A stretch of DNA of 64,000 nt from an uncultured Candidatus Saccharibacteria bacterium (lineage in GTDB: Bacteria; Patescibacteriota; Minisyncoccia; Phycocordibacterales; DATGWK01). Within the stretch, counting starts at the first letter, position 1. Each line of letters starts with the position of its first letter. Below, piece after piece: positions 58,951 to 64,000 of this stretch. The notes under the pieces were generated by a model. It ran no database searches. It was not told the DNA's origin and saw nothing but the letters and a program-made list of their open reading frames with translations. The translations under genes and the position numbers were made by a program. The stretch spans positions 7,418 to 71,417 of the forward strand of contig CAYHIR010000002.1 of NCBI GenBank assembly GCA_964356815.1, given 5' to 3'.

Positions 58951-61089
58951 TTAGATATCAATCGTCGCCTTCTTAGCATTCGACTGAATGAACGACTTTC
59001 GCGCTGGCACATCAGTACCCATGAGAATGTCGAAAACCTTGTCGGCATCTTGGGCGTCTACCACACCCACACGCTTCATCACGCGACGCTTTGGATCCAT
59101 GGTCGTCTCCCACAACTCTTCGGAATTCATTTCTCCAAGACCTTTGTAACGTTGAATTGAAATTTTATCTTTCTTTGGTGCGAGTTTGGATTTTTTGCCC
59201 GAAGCATCTTCGTCGGCGGCTTCTTCATTCTCTTCACCGTTTGCATTTTCTCCGTCACCTTCGCCATTCGCATCTTCCTCATCCCCAGCAATATCCTCCA
59301 TCTGCATACTAGCTTCTTTGCCGATGATGGCGATTTTTTCGTCGTCGTTGTAGGCGTAGAAAATTTCTTTACCTTTTTTTATTTTATAAAGCGGCGGCTG
59401 AGCGATGTAGATGTGGCCGGCATCGATAAGCGGACGGAAGAAACGATACAAAAGTGTGAGAATGAGTGTGCGAATGTGCGCACCGTCAACGTCGGCATCG
59501 GTAGCGATGACGATTTTGTGATAACGAAGCTTAGTGATATCGAAAGTGTCGCCAATGGCTGTGCCAAGTGCGAGCACGAGATTTTTGATCTGCTCAGAAC
59601 CGAGCATGCGGTCGAGCCTAGCGCGCTCAATATTTAAAATTTTACCGCGAAGTGGTAGCACCGCTTGCGTACGACGATCGCGACCGCTTTTGGCAGTACC
59701 ACCAGCAGAATCTCCTTCCACAATGAAGAGTTCGCTTTCTTCGGCGCTCGTGCCAGCTTGGCAATCGGCGAGCTTACCAGGCAAAGTCATGCCTTCGAGT
59801 GCGCCTTTGCGGAGCACGCTGTCTTTGGCGGCCTTGGCGGCTTTGCGGGCCTTCATGGCGAGCGTCACTTTGCCAATGATAGCCCGCGCATCTTCAGGGT
59901 TTTCTTCTAGGAAATAGGCAAACGCTTCGCTGAAAACTGTCTCCACCATACCGCGAGCTTCCACCGTACCAAGCTTGGCCTTTGTCTGACCTTCAAACTG
60001 CACTTCGCGAAGCTTTAAAGAAATAACGGCCGTGAGACCCTCCATCACATCGTCGCCAGTGAAAGAGTCGTCTTCTTTGCCGCCGCTCTTGCTACCACTG
60101 CCGCTGCCTCCCGCACTTTTGCGCACCAAAGTATTTATTGTGCGAGTGAGAGCCGTCTTAAAACCAGTGACATGCGTACCACCTTCGGAATTGTAGATAT
60201 TGTTGGCAAACGCGTTGAGACGGCTAGAAATGTCGTCGACATATTGGAGTGAAATTTCGACAGACTCATATTCATTGGTTTTTTTCTCAATGTAAAAAAT
60301 GTTTTTGTGAATTGGTTTGAGAGCGTTGTTGTAAAACTTTACGAGCGAATAGAGACCACCCTCAAAATAGAAAGATTGGGACGGCGCATTTGGCTTTAAA
60401 TCGCGCAAATAGAAAACTTCGTCTTCGAAAAAATCGCCTTTCATTGAGCCATCAGCCGCAACTTCGCGAGCATCGATGACGCTAATTCGCAAACCTTTCA
60501 CGAGGTAGGCTTGCTGGCGCATGTGAGACACGATGCGATTGAAATCGAAATCTTGTTTGCCGAAAATTTGCTCATCGGGCTGAAAGAAAACGATCGTGCC
60601 GTTTTGCTTCGTTGAAGCCACTTTTTTCACAGTCGCTTTTCTCTTGCCACGCACATATTCCTGCATATAAATGCCGCCCTCTTTGTGCACCACGACTTTT
60701 GTATATTCTGAAAGCGCGTTTACAACAGACGCGCCCACGCCGTGCAAACCGCCAGATACTTTATAACCTTCGCCACCAAATTTTCCTCCGGCATGCAAAG
60801 TGGTCATGATCGTCTCGAGCGCTGAAACTTTCGTTTGCTTATGCATATCGACAGGAATACCGCGGCCGTTGTCTACTACACGCACATGATTGTCGGGCAA
60901 AAGGGCGATCTCGATGTCGTTCGCAAAACCACCCATCGCTTCGTCGCGGGAATTGTCGAAAATTTCGGTGACCAAATGATGAAAACCGTCCGGACCCGTT
61001 GTACCAATGTACATACCCGGCCTCTTGCGTACTGGCTCTAAGCCCTCAAGTACGGAAATATCCGACGCTGTATAGTTTGATTTGGCCAT
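58951..61089 (-). CDS. gyrB: DNA gyrase subunit B (type IIA topoisomerase B) with Gly/Ser and acidic low-complexity insertions
   Basis: GHKL ATPase N-terminus, TOPRIM EGDSAGG and PLRGKILN. Acidic insert GDEEDANGEGDGENANGEENEE near the C-terminus. Confidence 0.85.
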   Translation of the reverse strand: MAKSNYTASDISVLEGLEPVRKRPGMYIGTTGPDGFHHLVTEIFDNSRDEAMGGFANDIEIALLPDNHVRVVDNGRGIPVDMHKQTKVSALETIMTTLHAGGKFGGEGYKVSGGLHGVGASVVNALSEYTKVVVHKEGGIYMQEYVRGKRKATVKKVASTKQNGTIVFFQPDEQIFGKQDFDFNRIVSHMRQQAYLVKGLRISVIDAREVAADGSMKGDFFEDEVFYLRDLKPNAPSQSFYFEGGLYSLVKFYNNALKPIHKNIFYIEKKTNEYESVEISLQYVDDISSRLNAFANNIYNSEGGTHVTGFKTALTRTINTLVRKSAGGSGSGSKSGGKEDDSFTGDDVMEGLTAVISLKLREVQFEGQTKAKLGTVEARGMVETVFSEAFAYFLEENPEDARAIIGKVTLAMKARKAAKAAKDSVLRKGALEGMTLPGKLADCQAGTSAEESELFIVEGDSAGGTAKSGRDRRTQAVLPLRGKILNIERARLDRMLGSEQIKNLVLALGTAIGDTFDITKLRYHKIVIATDADVDGAHIRTLILTLLYRFFRPLIDAGHIYIAQPPLYKIKKGKEIFYAYNDDEKIAIIGKEASMQMEDIAGDEEDANGEGDGENANGEENEEAADEDASGKKSKLAPKKDKISIQRYKGLGEMNSEELWETTMDPKRRVMKRVGVVDAQDADKVFDILMGTDVPARKSFIQSNAKKATIDI

Positions 61090-61246
61090 TTATATAAGAT
61101 TTATGAGGATTTGCAACACTTTTAGAACACTTATTGTAGCAAAATTACCCCCTTAAAACAAGCTCAAAACAGACCCCTTTATACACAATAATAAGCCCCA
61201 TTTTGGGCCTTTTTTCGGCTTTTATCAATTTAAATCGATTTCATGC

Positions 61247-61275
61247 TTGACAGAATATACATAGTATGATATGAT
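61247..61275 (+). promoter_or_regulatory. strong sigma70-like promoter TTGACA-N17-TATGAT
   Basis: Perfect -35 box, 17-nt spacer, 5/6 -10 match. About 80 nt upstream of the SD-preceded small ORF. Confidence 0.6.
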
Positions 61276-61356
61276 TAAAGCAGAAGAAGTTTGGTTTGTC
61301 TAGCACAGCGTTTGTGCAAGACACTCCGAACAAGGCTCCACAGAAGGAGTTTGTCC

Positions 61357-61467
61357 ATGTATTACGACTCATTCACCGGCCTCTACTTCAACCCCACCAC
61401 CGGAATGGTCTTCACCGCCGCCGAGATCATCGGCTTCGCCTCGGGCGACGGCGAGTGGGGCAGGTAA
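61357..61467 (+). CDS. 36-aa small ORF (possible leader peptide or small protein)
   Basis: SD GAAGGAG 7 nt before ATG. Sequence MYYDSFTGLYFNPTTGMVFTAAEIIGFASGDGEWGR. About 60% GC. Terminator 35 nt downstream; pheS starts at 61583. Confidence 0.35.
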   Translation: MYYDSFTGLYFNPTTGMVFTAAEIIGFASGDGEWGR

Positions 61468-61502
61468 GCCCAACCGCCCGACAACATGGGGAAGAAGAGA
61501 TT

Positions 61503-61538
61503 AGACCACGCTACTTTGTACGGCGTGGTCTTCTTTTT
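61503..61538 (+). terminator. rho-independent terminator just upstream of pheS
   Basis: AGACCACGC-tactttgtacg-GCGTGGTCT followed by TCTTTTTG. Confidence 0.6.
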
Positions 61539-61582
61539 GCCAATTTTTGTAAAATCGCGGTGGCTGGTGTATATTTTAAGCC

Positions 61583-62734
61583 ATGAAAAGAACGCAATAT
61601 AATGTCTCACTCGACGAGCAGACGCAGATTCTAAAGACACTAGACGACCGAGCAGACACTCAAGCTGAGCGACTCAAGCGTTACATTGCTCTCCCCGACC
61701 TCACTCGCACTGAGGGTGGGCCACTGAAAGTCATTACCGACACAATCATCAGTCTGCCGAGCTTAAAAGATTTCGATATTATTGAGACACCAGAAGTTAT
61801 TTCCCCATCTATCGTCTTCGACCTTTTTAATTTTCCCAAAGATCATCCCGCTCGCACCCAGAGCGACACATATTATGTAGACGACACGCACATTCTCCGC
61901 CCGCACACGAGTCTCATGTGGAAATATTACCTTGAGATTCCAGAGGTTTTGGAAAAACTCGAAAAAGACGGCCAAGTGGGCGCGCTATGCTACGGCACTG
62001 TATATCGTCGTGACGAAATAGATTGGCAACACACAAACGTCCTTCATCACATCGACGGTCTTTATCTTTGCAAAAAATCGGTGAAAGAACTCGGTCAGCC
62101 AGACCTCGAAAACATTCTATGGGAAGTGGCACGACAAATTTTCGGCAAAGATGTAAAAGCAGAGTTTCGTGTAGATCATTTCCCTTACACCGATCCGAGT
62201 CTCGAAATGAATATTGCTTGGGGTGAAAAATGGATTGAAATTTTGGGCGCAGGTATCGTCCATCCGGCGGTTATAAAAAATCTCGGCCTCGACCCAGAAA
62301 TTTACAATGGCTGGGCATTCGGTTTTGGTGTCGATCGTCTTGCAATGATCAAAATGCAAATTCCCGACATTCGCCTCCTCCGATCTGAAGATGAGCGCGT
62401 AAAAAAACAACTCGCCGACATAAATCACAAATATCAAGCGGTGAGCAAATATCCGTCAGTGGTGCGCGATATTTCTTTCGTTGTAGACAAAGCTTCATTC
62501 AACGAATTCCGTTATTACGAAATCGTTCGCGAAATTGGCGACGATCTTATTGAAGAAGTTAAACTGCTCGACAAATACGAAAGCGAGAGCAAATTCGGCG
62601 CCGGAAAAATTAGTTACACATTCCGAATCACCTATCGCGACCTAGACCGCACACTCACAAGCGAAGAAGTTGATGTTGTACACAAAAATATCGAGAACAA
62701 AACCACTGAGGAATTTGGCGCGATGATCAGATAA
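61583..62734 (+). CDS. pheS: phenylalanyl-tRNA synthetase catalytic (alpha) chain fused to a C-terminal FDX-ACB anticodon-binding domain
   Basis: Class II core (FPYTDPSLEMNIAWGEKWIEILGAG, GWAFGFGVDRLAM). C-terminal 95 aa match the ferredoxin-fold anticodon-binding domain normally found at the PheT C-terminus. No pheT adjacent. Confidence 0.8.
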   Translation: MKRTQYNVSLDEQTQILKTLDDRADTQAERLKRYIALPDLTRTEGGPLKVITDTIISLPSLKDFDIIETPEVISPSIVFDLFNFPKDHPARTQSDTYYVDDTHILRPHTSLMWKYYLEIPEVLEKLEKDGQVGALCYGTVYRRDEIDWQHTNVLHHIDGLYLCKKSVKELGQPDLENILWEVARQIFGKDVKAEFRVDHFPYTDPSLEMNIAWGEKWIEILGAGIVHPAVIKNLGLDPEIYNGWAFGFGVDRLAMIKMQIPDIRLLRSEDERVKKQLADINHKYQAVSKYPSVVRDISFVVDKASFNEFRYYEIVREIGDDLIEEVKLLDKYESESKFGAGKISYTFRITYRDLDRTLTSEEVDVVHKNIENKTTEEFGAMIR

Positions 62735-62774
62735 AATTGCCACGGTCGATGACGCGACGTGCTTAGTAAGCTAC

Positions 62775-63563
62775 CTAGAGCTCCGTCGTGGCAATATAGG
62801 CTCCGTCTTTTACATATACGAAACCACCACTAATTCTAAAGTCTGGGTTTTGGCCGCGAAAAATGGGGTAAATATTTTGGTAGGCAGAAGTGTCGAGCTC
62901 GAGAGCGTAAATGCCGTTGTCGAAAGAAATCAACACTGCGTCTTCCCTGCCGGGGAAAAAGTCGAGGGTGTCGATTTTAGAATTGGCTGTCCAGATATTT
63001 ATGTTTTTTTGGCAAACTGCTCGCTCTTCGCAGAAATAGTATGGTGCAGTGCTCGTAGCCTCGAGCCACTCAGCACGAATGCTCGGACCAGATGCAGAGA
63101 CTCGTATATCACCGCCCACTTTTAAGGCAGGTGTAGATGTGGCAAAAAGTTTGGCCGCGATCAAATAATCGGAAGAATTTTTTAAAACTTCTTCAAACTG
63201 CATAATTTTTGGCACAAGGAGTGGAAACCGAGCGGCCACTTCTCCCTTTTTTACATCCACAAACTTTGCCCATGGCCAAAAATTTTCGTGGGAAACTAAG
63301 AGCAAATAATTTTTAGCCTCCAAATTTTTTACCAAAACTTCTTTTTCAAAACGGCTCGTAGTGGCACGCAAATCGTCACCGATAAAAATCTGCGCTCCAA
63401 TCTCCGGTACATACACATACACACCACCACGGCGCGTGAGATTGAACGCATCGTCGAGCGAGTAGCCAGTGGCGTAAAGCAAAAGTGTGGGAATGGCAAC
63501 GATAAAAATAAAAGCAAAAAACAGAAAATAGGCTATTCGAACTTTTTTTGGCATCGCTCCCAT
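62775..63563 (-). CDS. hypothetical membrane-anchored protein
   Basis: N-terminal TM followed by a 230-aa soluble region. No family recognised. Confidence 0.4.
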   Translation of the reverse strand: MGAMPKKVRIAYFLFFAFIFIVAIPTLLLYATGYSLDDAFNLTRRGGVYVYVPEIGAQIFIGDDLRATTSRFEKEVLVKNLEAKNYLLLVSHENFWPWAKFVDVKKGEVAARFPLLVPKIMQFEEVLKNSSDYLIAAKLFATSTPALKVGGDIRVSASGPSIRAEWLEATSTAPYYFCEERAVCQKNINIWTANSKIDTLDFFPGREDAVLISFDNGIYALELDTSAYQNIYPIFRGQNPDFRISGGFVYVKDGAYIATTEL

Positions 63564-63587
63564 GTGTTTTTTATGAGATTAAGTATA

Positions 63588-64000
63588 TCAAGATTTGAGC
63601 TTCTGATGTTTCGGCGTAACCCAAAAGCCCATATAGCGACCAAACATTAGCCGTGTCTGAGATTCAAGGCCAGGAATAGAACCGAAGACGGTGATGGTGA
63701 TCGGAATCAAAATCCACTGCAGAATCATAATGAGGAAATTGCCACGACTTTTCCCGACTGGTCGTTTTGGGATGAGGCTAAAAGAAATAATGGCTGAAAT
63801 AATGAGGCCAGACATTGCGGCAATCATCAGACTGCGGGTGAAAATTGGCAGATTGTAGGAAAGAATTGTCGTGTTGAACTTCGCACCGCCGAGCCAGAGA
63901 GGTAGCCAACCGAGCATGAAAATGATTATCGGATTGGTGGCCAAAGACCAGTAACCCTCGAGCTGAATAAGGGCCACTTTTATTCTCTGCCAGAGCGGAA
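63588..64000 (-). CDS. polytopic membrane protein, C-terminal part (ORF continues beyond window end)
   Basis: Hydrophobic ORF with no stop upstream to nt 64000. Confidence 0.35.
   Translation of the reverse strand, partial: PLWQRIKVALIQLEGYWSLATNPIIIFMLGWLPLWLGGAKFNTTILSYNLPIFTRSLMIAAMSGLIISAIISFSLIPKRPVGKSRGNFLIMILQWILIPITITVFGSIPGLESQTRLMFGRYMGFWVTPKHQKLKS

Noticed and set aside
61357-61467. Classical Phe-rich pheST leader peptide
   Set aside because: Only 4 Phe in 36 codons and no Phe run. An attenuator role is kept only as a hypothesis.
61296-61586. 96-aa ORF upstream of pheS in another frame
   Set aside because: It has an Arg/His-rich low-complexity translation and no RBS. The 36-codon ORF in a different frame has a perfect SD and promoter.

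Overview
This 64-kb window appears to come from a small, AT-rich bacterial genome whose housekeeping genes lack Shine-Dalgarno sequences. That is typical of Candidate Phyla Radiation (CPR)/Patescibacteria-like or similarly reduced genomes, but the assignment is an inference. It is densely packed with information-processing genes. On the plus strand these include murA (partial), priA, def, fmt, hisS, rnr, dnaE, thrS and pheS. A long minus-strand block (58951-61089 gyrB; 27974-40127 rpoD-dnaG-rpoC-rpoB-trmD-KH-rpsP) carries most of the rest. Other core genes are smc, rnc, a NusB-NUDIX fusion, rpmF and rnhB. There is also a type IV pilus/type II secretion-like cluster (pilB, pilC and four pseudopilins) and a polar amino-acid ABC transporter. 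A DsbA-like oxidoreductase, a UvrD-type helicase fused to a PD-(D/E)XK nuclease, and a NYN-domain protein are also present. The most striking features are these. (1) The tRNA-Asn(GUU) gene is split in its anticodon loop by a 233-nt group I intron with clear R/S core motifs. (2) About a dozen GC-rich genes (about 55% GC) each sit in a self-contained promoter-RBS-ORF-terminator unit that contrasts with the AT-rich, SD-less host genes. These include a tandem pair of paralogous 82/87-aa proteins and a desaturase. (3) A 70-bp palindromic repeat is present in two copies, one flanked by 18-bp terminal inverted repeats (MITE-like), and there is a 113-bp nested palindrome upstream of rpmF. (4) There is a candidate structured ncRNA at 11130-11390. 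(5) Two unusual domain architectures stand out: NusB fused to NUDIX, and a single-chain PheRS (PheS plus an FDX-ACB domain) with no adjacent pheT.
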